Shown: positions 27,398 to 37,527, counted from the stretch's first letter. The stretch is DNA of 64,000 nt from an uncultured cyanobacterium (GCA_963744145.1 CAVUSO010000001.1:5440001-5504000), one strand, 5' to 3'. Notes: a model not told the origin generated them from the letters alone. Made by a program: numbers and translations.

Positions 27398-28744
27398 TCA
27401 AATACTATCAGTAATACTACTAAAATTAAACTTTTGCACTCGTACTCCTGGCACCACACTATTACCAAAGCGATCGCTTTGACTTAACGCATCAATATCA
27501 TGTAAAAGCTCTGGTAAACTTTGATTAAAACGAAAATTTTTAATCGGGTAGGCGATGGCACCATCAGCAATCCAGAAAGTGCCATCCCGAGTCATACCTG
27601 TGACTTCCAAAGTGCGTGGATTAACATAATGCACATACCAAACCCGACTGACTAAAATTCCTCGTTCTGTAGTCCGAATCAAATCAGTCAGATTTTGATC
27701 AGAACCTAGCATCACCATGGGATAGAGCGGACCAGTGGGCTGTCGGTCTTGGTGTTGAGCCCAATAACGACTATAAGATAGAGTTTGGGGAACGCCATCT
27801 TTAATAATATCTAAATAATTATTTTTCCATCCATCATTAAAAAAAGTGTACCCTTGTAGCAAGGGATGAGCCGGATCGCGCTGTACCTGTACTAAAGGGC
27901 TAAAAATTGCCTCACCGATCCGATTACCCTTTGGTTGATCAAATTCATCGAAACTAGACATAAAGGATGTACCTTCGTCAGCACTACGTGCATCTAAGTT
28001 CCAGATGACCCAGCTCAGTAAATCTGCAAAAGCTGCACCAGTAAAAATCACCGGATAGATCCCAGGACTAATCTCACGCGGATGACGGGATAATAAAGCA
28101 GTTTGAATTACTTCCTCAGTTAAAGATGCGATCGGTAATTGACACAGAGCATAAGCACTCCGACTCCCCCAAGATGATCCATCCTCAATCCGAGCTGTAA
28201 AACTAAATTCAGCGTTAGTTTTTTGATTACAAGCTAACAATCCTTGAGAATTACCAATAGCTAGGAGTGACCGAGCTGTACTCAAAGTACCCGATCCACT
28301 CACTCCAGCTTGGGTACTCATTTTACACACCCCCTGGACAATTTCTCCTCGCTCTACAGGATGAAGTTGAGCAGTCGGAACATCAAAAGCTGGGGTCCGC
28401 TCATCGTAAACTTGAGGTGCTAATAGGGGGACCCATTCTGGATCTTCAGGAGCAATTTGGGCTAATGCTTCTGAACGTTTAATTGTTTGAGCGATCGCTT
28501 GTGGATCGGTTTCTGTGGTTGCTGCCGTAGCACTACGGTTGCCAAAATAACTGGTAATGTTAAGATTAAACTGAGTTTTACTAACATTCTGGCTAATTTG
28601 ATTTTCCGAATAACGACTGAGGGATTCTTCCCCAGTGCTTAGAGTCACAAAAACTCCTTCAGCTTGAGATTGTTTGATGACTGTTTCAACTAGAGATAAG
28701 GCTTGCTCGTCGCTTTGTAAAATAGTTGCTGTAGCTAGACTCAT
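27398..28744 (-). CDS. pmbA: TldE/PmbA-family protein
   Basis: TldD/PmbA fold features without HExxH; TGMTRDGTFWI; NFRFNQS. Confidence 0.85.
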   Translation of the reverse strand: MSLATATILQSDEQALSLVETVIKQSQAEGVFVTLSTGEESLSRYSENQISQNVSKTQFNLNITSYFGNRSATAATTETDPQAIAQTIKRSEALAQIAPEDPEWVPLLAPQVYDERTPAFDVPTAQLHPVERGEIVQGVCKMSTQAGVSGSGTLSTARSLLAIGNSQGLLACNQKTNAEFSFTARIEDGSSWGSRSAYALCQLPIASLTEEVIQTALLSRHPREISPGIYPVIFTGAAFADLLSWVIWNLDARSADEGTSFMSSFDEFDQPKGNRIGEAIFSPLVQVQRDPAHPLLQGYTFFNDGWKNNYLDIIKDGVPQTLSYSRYWAQHQDRQPTGPLYPMVMLGSDQNLTDLIRTTERGILVSRVWYVHYVNPRTLEVTGMTRDGTFWIADGAIAYPIKNFRFNQSLPELLHDIDALSQSDRFGNSVVPGVRVQKFNFSSITDSI

Positions 28745-29026
28745 TAGAATTTGGTATTTCCCAAGAGGAGAATTGATGTTGGCCGGGTTGATTGCCCCTA
28801 TGAAATTTTAACTTGATCAAAGCTTAATTTAAAGTTATTTCTCCGAAATTTTTTAAATTTAGAAGCCAAAATTGATTTGGGATGTATAACTTAAAGAAGA
28901 GAACAAAATATCTGCTTAGTGGTTCTCTACTAACTGGCCAATCTGATTAAAGCAGTGGTGCCTAGTTTAGCTCAAGATCCCAGGTGATTTTTTACAGTGG
29001 TTGTGGTTAAAAAAGGAGTTGACAGG

Positions 29027-29890
29027 ATGAAACGCTTAGCGAATTTGGTTAAACCAGCTACATTACTTACCTTAGCTTCGACGATCCTAGGAGTAGGTTT
29101 TAATAGTACCGCCATAGCAAAACCAACTTTATCTCAGACAGAAAATAATTTTTCAATTGCTCAACCAACAGTTCAAGTAGCCCAAGTCACCTGTAGCGTG
29201 ACTAGCAAAGTACCATACTATGCTTCTGTTGACGCAGGTATTAAGCCTGCTGGCTATCTGAATGCGGGTGATCAGATTAGTTTTAATGGCCCTAACAACG
29301 GCCCTAAAACTGTTACTGGATCTGACGGTCTTACTTATATTGGCATTAACCAACCACAAGTAGGATACATTCCCGTCACCTTTAATGGTACGAATACTCT
29401 AAGCAACGACTGTAATTTTAGTGTAAACGGTTCTAATTCTAGTAACGGTTCTAGTTCTAGTTCTAGTTCTACTGTAAACAGTTCTAGTTCTACTGTAAAC
29501 AGTTCTAGTGTAATAATAAGAAAAGTAGGGGTTAATCCTGCCCCCATACCACAAAATAATTTTCCAATTGCCCAACAAACAACATTTCAACCGCCCCGAT
29601 CAAGCTGTCGCATGATTAATACCAACGCTGTCACTGGAAGTTTACCATACTATACTTCTGTTGGAGCCAACCAATCGCCCGCGGGCTTTGTGAAGTCAAC
29701 TGATGTGATTAATCTTGACGGCTATAAAACTGTTACTGGGACTGACGGTCTTACCTATATTGCCATTAACCAACCACAAACAGGGTACATTCCAACCACC
29801 ATTAATGGAGCGAATACCCTAAACTATTGTAATGGTTATAGTGCAAGTACCAGTAGTAGCACTCCTAGACGTGTTCGTGCTTTATGGTAA
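29027..29890 (+). CDS. Secreted protein with two Cys-bracketed SH3-like repeats and a Ser-rich linker
   Basis: AAGGAG RBS and ATG 29027; signal peptide; duplicated PYYxSV...PAG...KTVTGxDGLTYIxINQPQxGYIP...NTL..C. Confidence 0.75.
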   Translation: MKRLANLVKPATLLTLASTILGVGFNSTAIAKPTLSQTENNFSIAQPTVQVAQVTCSVTSKVPYYASVDAGIKPAGYLNAGDQISFNGPNNGPKTVTGSDGLTYIGINQPQVGYIPVTFNGTNTLSNDCNFSVNGSNSSNGSSSSSSSTVNSSSSTVNSSSVIIRKVGVNPAPIPQNNFPIAQQTTFQPPRSSCRMINTNAVTGSLPYYTSVGANQSPAGFVKSTDVINLDGYKTVTGTDGLTYIAINQPQTGYIPTTINGANTLNYCNGYSASTSSSTPRRVRALW

Positions 29891-29918
29891 ATAGCTGTTT
29901 TTTAGTCATTTGATCACC

Positions 29919-29945
29919 AAGCCGTCCCGATAGTGGACGGCTTTA
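29919..29945 (+). terminator. Intrinsic terminator
   Basis: AAGCCGTCC-loop-GGACGGCTTT. Confidence 0.65.
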
Positions 29946-29990
29946 TTAAAAAATATATGATCGGGTAACAATCTCCTCAGATTTGCATAA

Positions 29991-30635
29991 ATGAGCGATA
30001 AATGGCGATCTAGTCTTTTTCTATTGGCTTCCTCTAGTGTGGCAATTATTTTGAATTCGGGTCAAGGACAAGCATCCAGTTCTATTCTTGAAGGCTCAAC
30101 AGATAAAGCGGTAAAAGTTGAAATCGAATTGTTATACATTCAAAATCTACCGGAACCCAAATTGCCACCTTTAGCTGAGATGTCGAAATATATTCCTACA
30201 GAAGAATTATATCGGGGGAAAATATCTCATTTAAGTAAGAATTCTCAGGCTATTCATCTGGTGATCAAATTGAGCGATCGCCATGTTTATGTTTATCAAA
30301 AGGATCAAGTAATTAATGTTTATCCAGTCGCGATCGGAAAAGCGGGCTGGGAAACTCCGACAGGTGATTTTATCATCCTGAATAAAATCATTAATCCTAC
30401 TTGGCAACACCCGTTAACTGGGAAAATTATTCCCCCAGGAGCAGATAATCCTTTAGGAAGTAGATGGATCGGTTTTTGGACAGATGGAACGAATTTTATT
30501 GGTTTTCATGGTACTCCCGAGGAAGAATTAATTGGACAGGCGGTTTCTCACGGTTGTGTGAGGATGCGAAATCAGGATGTACAAGCTTTATTTGAGCAAG
30601 TAGAGTTAGGTACAACCGTGACAGTGGAGCCTTAA
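29991..30635 (+). CDS. L,D-transpeptidase (YkuD family)
   Basis: YPVAIGKAGWETPTG; IGFHGT; SHGCVRM. Confidence 0.93.
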   Translation: MSDKWRSSLFLLASSSVAIILNSGQGQASSSILEGSTDKAVKVEIELLYIQNLPEPKLPPLAEMSKYIPTEELYRGKISHLSKNSQAIHLVIKLSDRHVYVYQKDQVINVYPVAIGKAGWETPTGDFIILNKIINPTWQHPLTGKIIPPGADNPLGSRWIGFWTDGTNFIGFHGTPEEELIGQAVSHGCVRMRNQDVQALFEQVELGTTVTVEP

Positions 30636-30636
30636 G

Positions 30637-32133
30637 TTAACCAATTTGAATATGACGCACTCGGACTGGAACACAAGCATGGGTCATTTGGGCGATTTGC
30701 ATCGGTTCACCTTTACCACACACCTCAGTACCACATTGTTCCAGTTCTGATGCTGGACCGATCGCATCGATGCTATTCCAAAAATCAGTAGTCATCGCGT
30801 GATAAGTGACATTTTTTAACATTCCCACCACTTGACCTTTTTCCACCTTCCAGAAAGCATCACCACCAAATTGAAAATTTCGTCGTTGTTGGTCGATCGA
30901 ATAACTCCCAATCCCATCAATTAAAATTCCATCTTCAGTATCAGCGATCATTTCGGCTAAAGTTGCGGTATGACTACCACCTAATGGTCCTGGTTCTAAC
31001 CCGAGATTGGGAATTCGCACCATCGGGACACTGTCCCAACTATCAGCATAGCTACAACCATTGCTACTAGGTCTTCCCAATCGATGAGCGGTCTCTCGAT
31101 CAGTTAGATAATCTACTAAAATTCCATCCTTGACGATGAACCAATCTTGTGCTGGGACTCCCTCATCGTCATAACCAATGGTACTACGTCCTCCTGGTTG
31201 GGTGCGATCGCAACGGAAATTAATCCAAGGTGCTGCATATTGCAGTTTACCTAATTGATCAGTAGTTGCAAAGCTAGTACCAGCAAAGTTAGCTTCATAA
31301 CCATATACCCGATCAAGTTCTGTTGGATGTCCGACCGACTCGTGGATCGTCAACCAGAGATTAGTTGGTTTGAGAATTAAAGTTGTCTGAAAATTACCAG
31401 GACATGGAGGAGCGGAAACTTTTGTGATCGCTTCTTGAGCAACTCGCTCTACTTGACTAAAAAGATCTACCTGATTAACTTGTTCGTAACCACGATTAAC
31501 TGCTGGATGTTCATAACTGCGACTTTGAGCATCACCATTAATTACTGCTGTACAATTAAATCCCGAATAGCTCCGATAAATTGTCTGTTGAATTAATGAA
31601 CCAGTGGTGGAAGCAAAAATTTTATCTTCACGGGTAAATTTCAGGAATGAAGCCGCTTTTTTAATCCCCTGATCGCTAAACTGAAGTAACTGATCATTGA
31701 GACTTAGGATTAGTTCTGCTTTGTCCATGATCGGGACAGTAAATGGATCAATCTCGATCGGGGTAATATAGGAATCCTGAACTGATTCTACCGGTACTAG
31801 CTGGACGGGATTTTGTTGAGAAAGATGACTACCTTTAGCAATTTCTATAGCTTGCTGGACAATTCTAGTTACTTCTGCTTCGGTTTGGTTATGACTTGCA
31901 GCAAAACCCCAAGATCCATTCCACAAAACCCTAACTCCAAAACCAGAATTAACTTGATCTACTAAATTTTTGAGTGAGCGATCTTTAGCGATTAAATTTT
32001 GGTGACGATAAGTACAAAAACGCAGATCTCCATACTCACATCCCCCTTGACGAATTAACTCGATCGCCAATTGAGCTAATTGAGTCATCTTCCCTGGAGT
32101 TTTCACGTTAGTAATTTGTGGTGTAACTAGCAT
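30637..32133 (-). CDS. tldD: TldD metalloprotease
   Basis: IHESVGHPTELD (HExxxH); YDDEGVP; CGKGEP. Confidence 0.9.
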   Translation of the reverse strand: MLVTPQITNVKTPGKMTQLAQLAIELIRQGGCEYGDLRFCTYRHQNLIAKDRSLKNLVDQVNSGFGVRVLWNGSWGFAASHNQTEAEVTRIVQQAIEIAKGSHLSQQNPVQLVPVESVQDSYITPIEIDPFTVPIMDKAELILSLNDQLLQFSDQGIKKAASFLKFTREDKIFASTTGSLIQQTIYRSYSGFNCTAVINGDAQSRSYEHPAVNRGYEQVNQVDLFSQVERVAQEAITKVSAPPCPGNFQTTLILKPTNLWLTIHESVGHPTELDRVYGYEANFAGTSFATTDQLGKLQYAAPWINFRCDRTQPGGRSTIGYDDEGVPAQDWFIVKDGILVDYLTDRETAHRLGRPSSNGCSYADSWDSVPMVRIPNLGLEPGPLGGSHTATLAEMIADTEDGILIDGIGSYSIDQQRRNFQFGGDAFWKVEKGQVVGMLKNVTYHAMTTDFWNSIDAIGPASELEQCGTEVCGKGEPMQIAQMTHACVPVRVRHIQIG

Positions 32134-32165
32134 GATATTATTTATTTTCTGAGTTTGATTCTATT

Positions 32166-32754
32166 ATACAGCCTATTCCAGGTTTATGAAGTTCATCAAG
32201 GTGATCTGTGGGGCAGGGCGGGTTCATTAATACCTCGACTACCCTTCGACTACGCTCAGGGCAAGCGCTCGGCACAAGGGTTATTTGTGTGTAGCAAGTT
32301 CATCGGTGAACCCTACAGAGATTCACCAAAAAATCGATCAGGATTAGAGGATGACAAGATTAACAGGATTTGTAGGGGCAGGTGAATGAATTTATGATCA
32401 CAATCAACCGGGATTTGTAGGGGCAGGTTCACCAATCAATTCTGCTCCAAACCGATCACGGACAGGCAAGATGCCTGTCCCACTCATAAACCTGCCCAAC
32501 CAATACAGATCACTCACAAGCCAATACGGTTCGTTTAAGGATATTTTGGGAGATATCGACGGAAGAAGGGCGAAGCATTCGGACATAATATTAACGGGTT
32601 TAAGCAATAAATTATCGCCCGAATGCTATGCCTCCGGCACGCTACGCGAACGCCCCTACACTTAACCGAACCGTATTGACTCACAAGCGACTTTAACCGA
32701 TCGCAATTCATGCTAAATCTTACTGTACTTCATCAACCACCGAATCCGCTGTAT
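32166..32754. mobile_element. Composite non-autonomous element, inverted relative of 8830-9264, with nested insertions
   Basis: Same ends ATACAGCCTATTCCAGGTTTATGAAGTTCA ... TGTACTTCATCAA...ATCCGCTGTAT. Confidence 0.8.
32522..32678. mobile_element. 157-bp MITE with 10-bp target-site duplication (Nezha-like)
   Basis: TIRs CAATACGGTTCGTTTAAG / CTTAACCGAACCGTATTG; ACTCACAAGC at 32512-32521 and 32679-32688. Confidence 0.88.
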
Positions 32755-32809
32755 CGCCATTCTCTCAGAGTTGGCAACTATTTTCGCGACTAGATTGGTT
32801 GACTCATCC

Positions 32810-35458
32810 TTAACTATTATAGACAAAAACTGGTAAATAAACAGTAAAAGTAGAGCCTTGCTCCATATCGCTTTCTGCGATAATATCTCCTCCCATCATT
32901 TGACAAAAGCTGAGACTATTAGCAAGTCCTAATCCTGTACCACCATAAATCCGTTTAGTTAAATCTAGATGACCCGGATATGCTTCAAAAATTGTTTTGA
33001 GTTGTTCTACTGTAATTTTTGTCTCCAGATCATTAATTGAGAAGCGAATCCATTCTAGATTATTTTCGCTGGCGTGATGATGTCCAAAAGGAGCAATTTG
33101 ATTGCTTCTTGACTGAGTATTAAGAACGCGAAAATCCGGATTATGTTCCTGGATAATATCCAATTTGATTGTACTCCCATGACTAGATTTAGCTGCATGA
33201 TTAAGTAAATTAATCAGAATCTGCTTGACTTTTTCTCGATCAGCATACATATTGATAATTGCTGGAGAAAAGTTAATCTGTAACGAGTTTTGATTAGCTT
33301 TAAATAACGGTTCAATTGAGTTTTTAACTTCCTGAATTAATCCCGATACATCAAAGTAAGCAGGATGAAACTTAATCCGGTTTAATTCAATATTTGATAA
33401 GTCAACGATATCGTTAATTACCGCTAATAATTCTTTACCAGATGTATTAATCGATTGCAGATCACTGAGAAATTCCGGTGTCACTGATTCAAATGCTTGA
33501 GCATCTTCTTGGAGCAATTCACTATAACCGATAATCGCTGTTAATGGTGTCCGTAATTCGTGGCTCATATTAGCAAGAAAGTTGCTTTTAGCTTCATTAG
33601 CTGCATCAGCTGCTGATTTAGCTGCATATAATTCTGTTTCACCTTTTTTCCGTTCACTAATATCACGAGCAAAAATACAATTGTATTCTTTATTGTTAAA
33701 TTTTAAATAACTAACGGTGATTTCTACAGGAAATGGTTCTCCTACTTTCGGACAATGATAGGATTCTAATCTGACGGAACCAAATTCTTTAATTTCTTCC
33801 CAATAATCGGGCCAAACTTCCGGAGGAAAATCAGGGTTGATATCATGTAATGTTAAGGAAACCAGCTCTGCTAGAGTATAACCTAAAGATAGACAAGCGG
33901 CATCATTAACGTAGAAAAATTGACCATTTTTGGTCACCCAAAAGATCGCATCCGCTGCTTGATTAACAGCAAATTGGGTAAATTGTAAAACTTCTTCAAC
34001 TCGTTCCCGATGGACAATTTCTTCTTCTAGTTGCTCGATCGCTGTGGTTAAATCTGCGGTTCGCTCTTCTACTCTTAATTCTAATTCTTCATTCGCTTGT
34101 TGCAGTGCAGCTTCGATTTGTTTGCGTACCGTAATATCAAACCCAATGAAAACTGCTGCTTGTCCTTGCATATATTTGTGAGCAACTACTAAAAAATGTC
34201 GCGGTTCTCCCCCAACTATTGTTTCAATTTCGTGACTATCTTCGATCGCTGGACTGGCAAAAAATTGGGGTACTAAATCATTAAATTTAGGACTACCGGA
34301 GAGAAATCCGATTTTTTTACCAATAAAATCTTCGGGGGAGCATTTGAAGGTTTGTGCTAAGTATCCATTTACCCCCAAATAAATTAAATCCGAATTAAAC
34401 CAGGAAATACAACCTGGTACAGCATCTAAAACAGCTTGTAATTGATCGAGAGTTTTTTCTAATTCAGCTTTAGCATGGGTGCGATCGTAAGTTCCTAATA
34501 CTAATGCTGCATAATCACCGATCGACGCAGCAAAATGTTGTTCTCCTAATTTCCATTTTCGAGCTGGACCAATATGTTCACAACATAAAAACCCGACTAA
34601 TTGTCCCTCGATCCGAATTGGTACAGCTAACATTGAGGTAATTTCGATCGGAATTAAATCTGATTCTAAAAATTCGGCTACTTTTGCATCAGTTTTAACA
34701 TCATTAATGATGATTACCCTTTCTTGTTCTAACAGGTGCAAATAATTTCTCAACTTAGCAGTTGCTAGTTCTTTTCCGCTAGAATGATCTTTGGTACTTT
34801 TCTCGTATAACTCAATACAATATAAATGAGTATTAGTCGCAGAACTGGGTTGCTTTGCGATTCCACTTTCCTTGACTAATTCTAGATTTCCCCATAACCA
34901 TAAGCTGACTTTTTCTATATCTAAAGTTCGGGATGTAGCTTCAGTAATTTCCTGTAAAGCAGCTTTTAAATCTCTGCTATTTTGGGTTTTGCTCCGCGCT
35001 AGTTCTACTAAAACTCGTTCCTGTTGACGTAGTTCGATTTCATTCGCATGGATTTGAGCAATATCAGCAATAGGTATAGGTTGAGTTTCTGTTGCTAAGA
35101 CAATTAATCCTCCAATTTCACTATTGGAATTAGTCCAAGGAGAGATTTCCCATTTGATTCTGATCAAATTGGTTTCTGTTTGATATTCTTCTTCCCACTT
35201 TTCTACTTTTCCAGTTAAACTAGAAGTACAAACTTTTTGCCATTGCTCAGAATCGATCACTAAATGATGCGGTTTTCCCCAGGATGGACGAATTTCTTTG
35301 AGCGATCGCCCAATTAATTTTTCTGGAGCTATACCACACTGTTTCATCCACTGTGTACTTGTGAGCAAATAACGCAGTTTATGATCTACCATTGCGATCG
35401 CAATTGGTAAAGATTGTAACAACTGTGCAAATAGTTCTGGGGAATTGGGAGCATACAT
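32810..35458 (-). CDS. PAS-GAF-PAS-PAS sensor histidine kinase
   Basis: H-box FLANMSHELRTPL; G2 box GGTGLGL; several PAS domains and one GAF. Confidence 0.9.
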   Translation of the reverse strand: MYAPNSPELFAQLLQSLPIAIAMVDHKLRYLLTSTQWMKQCGIAPEKLIGRSLKEIRPSWGKPHHLVIDSEQWQKVCTSSLTGKVEKWEEEYQTETNLIRIKWEISPWTNSNSEIGGLIVLATETQPIPIADIAQIHANEIELRQQERVLVELARSKTQNSRDLKAALQEITEATSRTLDIEKVSLWLWGNLELVKESGIAKQPSSATNTHLYCIELYEKSTKDHSSGKELATAKLRNYLHLLEQERVIIINDVKTDAKVAEFLESDLIPIEITSMLAVPIRIEGQLVGFLCCEHIGPARKWKLGEQHFAASIGDYAALVLGTYDRTHAKAELEKTLDQLQAVLDAVPGCISWFNSDLIYLGVNGYLAQTFKCSPEDFIGKKIGFLSGSPKFNDLVPQFFASPAIEDSHEIETIVGGEPRHFLVVAHKYMQGQAAVFIGFDITVRKQIEAALQQANEELELRVEERTADLTTAIEQLEEEIVHRERVEEVLQFTQFAVNQAADAIFWVTKNGQFFYVNDAACLSLGYTLAELVSLTLHDINPDFPPEVWPDYWEEIKEFGSVRLESYHCPKVGEPFPVEITVSYLKFNNKEYNCIFARDISERKKGETELYAAKSAADAANEAKSNFLANMSHELRTPLTAIIGYSELLQEDAQAFESVTPEFLSDLQSINTSGKELLAVINDIVDLSNIELNRIKFHPAYFDVSGLIQEVKNSIEPLFKANQNSLQINFSPAIINMYADREKVKQILINLLNHAAKSSHGSTIKLDIIQEHNPDFRVLNTQSRSNQIAPFGHHHASENNLEWIRFSINDLETKITVEQLKTIFEAYPGHLDLTKRIYGGTGLGLANSLSFCQMMGGDIIAESDMEQGSTFTVYLPVFVYNS

Positions 35459-35503
35459 AATTAGATTCCATTTTCTGATTGTTGAATTCAGCCCAATCTC
35501 AAG

Positions 35504-36673
35504 TTATAGATCGACTATTGCTTGTAAACCTCGTACTAATCTACCAATTCCTGCTACTACGGTTTCTTTTTGTAAAGACCCATAAGCGATCCGCACATAA
35601 CAACCATTTTCCATCCCAAAGGTGGTGCCGGGAATGACTGCTACCTGATATTCTCTAATTAGGCGCTCTACTAACTCCATTGTGGGTATGTTACTATAAA
35701 TTTTAACGAGAAAATAAAATGCTCCATTAGCGGTGGGTATATAGCATAAATGTTGAATTTTGTCAAGTTCATGGAGGACAATCTCGCGAACTTGGGCGAT
35801 CGCGTTTAATTTGTCACGACAATAACTTTTACCAGCTTGTAAGGCTCCTAAAGCAGCATATTGGGAAATTACAGGTGGACAGATTAAAATTGTATCTTGG
35901 ATTTTATTAACTGACAGGAGGAGATGGGGAGGAATGACCATATAGCCTATTCTCCATCCTGCGAAACCGTATGCTTTAGATAGGGTGAAAAGTGAAATTG
36001 TATATTCGCTACTATTTGGGATGCTACCAGGAGAAAAATGTGGGGTGTCGTTGTAAGTAAAATATTCATAAGCTTCATCATGGATATGATAAATATTATA
36101 CACTCGGCAAATTTCATTGATTTCTGTTAAGATTTCTCGCGGGTAAACCGCACCAGTCGGATTATTAGGTGAAATGGTCACGATCGCTCGGGTTTTGGGA
36201 GTGATTGCTTGTTTAATTATTTGTGGTTGCAATTGATAATTTTCATCAGTTGGGACAAGTACCGGGTGACAATTAGCCATAGTAATGGCCATCTCATGAT
36301 TAAAATAATAAGGTATTTGCAGGATAATTTCGTCACCGGGATTAGCGATCGCGAGGATCGTATTCATAAATGCCATATTACTCCCAGCTGTGATCACGAG
36401 GCAATTTTGGTGATTGATCGTGATCCGGTTCTCAGCTTGAAGTTTATCGGAAATGGCATTTAATAAACTCGGAATCCCAATTACTGGTTTATATTTATGA
36501 TTGTCTAAATTAGCTAGAAATAGAGGAATTTGCGCGATCGCTTGTGGTGGTGGTCCATAATATACCACTCCCTGTCCTAAAGAAATTGTACCGGGATGAT
36601 TCCGGATTAATTCTGCGACAATAGGAATGATGGGAGACTGAACCAACTGCATGCGGTAGATTTCACTTTTCAT
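35504..36673 (-). CDS. PLP-dependent aminotransferase, class I/II
   Basis: SPNNPTG; DEAY; LSKAYGFAGWRIG. Confidence 0.92.
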   Translation of the reverse strand: MKSEIYRMQLVQSPIIPIVAELIRNHPGTISLGQGVVYYGPPPQAIAQIPLFLANLDNHKYKPVIGIPSLLNAISDKLQAENRITINHQNCLVITAGSNMAFMNTILAIANPGDEIILQIPYYFNHEMAITMANCHPVLVPTDENYQLQPQIIKQAITPKTRAIVTISPNNPTGAVYPREILTEINEICRVYNIYHIHDEAYEYFTYNDTPHFSPGSIPNSSEYTISLFTLSKAYGFAGWRIGYMVIPPHLLLSVNKIQDTILICPPVISQYAALGALQAGKSYCRDKLNAIAQVREIVLHELDKIQHLCYIPTANGAFYFLVKIYSNIPTMELVERLIREYQVAVIPGTTFGMENGCYVRIAYGSLQKETVVAGIGRLVRGLQAIVDL

Positions 36674-37494
36674 ATTACGATCTTTGGGTGTTTAAATTGA
36701 TAACCTGCTACTTGCAATTTTTGATTTGATACTCGCGCATTATAAGGACGATCGCTAACCAGATTAGTATCCCAAGTTACGGGGGGTAACCCATTTTTTG
36801 CTAAGACTCCATCAATCAATTCTCGATTTGTTAATTCTCCATGATCGACCAAGTTATAAATACCTTGTAATCGATGTTGACGGGCAAATTCGATCGCGCC
36901 AACAATATCATCAAGATGTATCCAATTAGTTGCTTCTGCACCATTTCCAGCGCGAGTAGTACCTGCAATCCGTCCAAAGATTTTTACTAATTCCCGTGAT
37001 GGTCCATAAATTCCTCCTAACCGAAATATACAAACCTTCAGGTTTGCTGAAGATACTGATAATAATAATTGCTCGACTTGTGCTAAAATTTCGCCATTGC
37101 GATTTGCTGGTGCTAAAGATGAGTTTTCATCTACCCATGCACCTTTTCGGTCACCATAAACAGCATAACTACCTGTATAAATTAACTGTCGCACTTCTGG
37201 ATGTTGTTTTAAAACTCCGATCAGAGTTTTGGCGGTATTTAAGTAGGTTTCTTCATAGAGATTGGCATTTTTAGCACCAATACTTAACAAAATTGTATCT
37301 TGATTTTGGACTACAGATGCTAACCCAACTTGATCATTACCCTCAACGACTATTACCCGATCCGCGATCGCTTCTAATTCCCTTACTTTAGTGGGACTAG
37401 TTGTCGTTACGGTTACGGACAATTTTAAATCTTGATACCAGTAACAAGCAACTTTTTTACCGACATAACCACAGCCAATAATTGCCACATTCAT
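36670..37494 (-). CDS. NAD-dependent epimerase/dehydratase (atypical SDR)
   Basis: IIGCGYVG; RLGGIYGP; NWIHLDDI. Confidence 0.88.
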   Translation of the reverse strand: MNVAIIGCGYVGKKVACYWYQDLKLSVTVTTTSPTKVRELEAIADRVIVVEGNDQVGLASVVQNQDTILLSIGAKNANLYEETYLNTAKTLIGVLKQHPEVRQLIYTGSYAVYGDRKGAWVDENSSLAPANRNGEILAQVEQLLLSVSSANLKVCIFRLGGIYGPSRELVKIFGRIAGTTRAGNGAEATNWIHLDDIVGAIEFARQHRLQGIYNLVDHGELTNRELIDGVLAKNGLPPVTWDTNLVSDRPYNARVSNQKLQVAGYQFKHPKIVI

Positions 37495-37527
37495 TGTTAA
37501 TCACCAAAATATATTACTATCTTATTG

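Noticed and set aside
29432..29508. TTCTAG microsatellite as a phase-variation switch
   Set aside because: Units of 6 and 21 bp keep frame and only encode a Ser-rich linker.
32155..32665. Short ORFs 32155-32385, 32404-32607 and 32471-32665 (also 9110-9367 and 21380-21571)
   Set aside because: They lie in or across MITE/REP sequence and look like chance frames.
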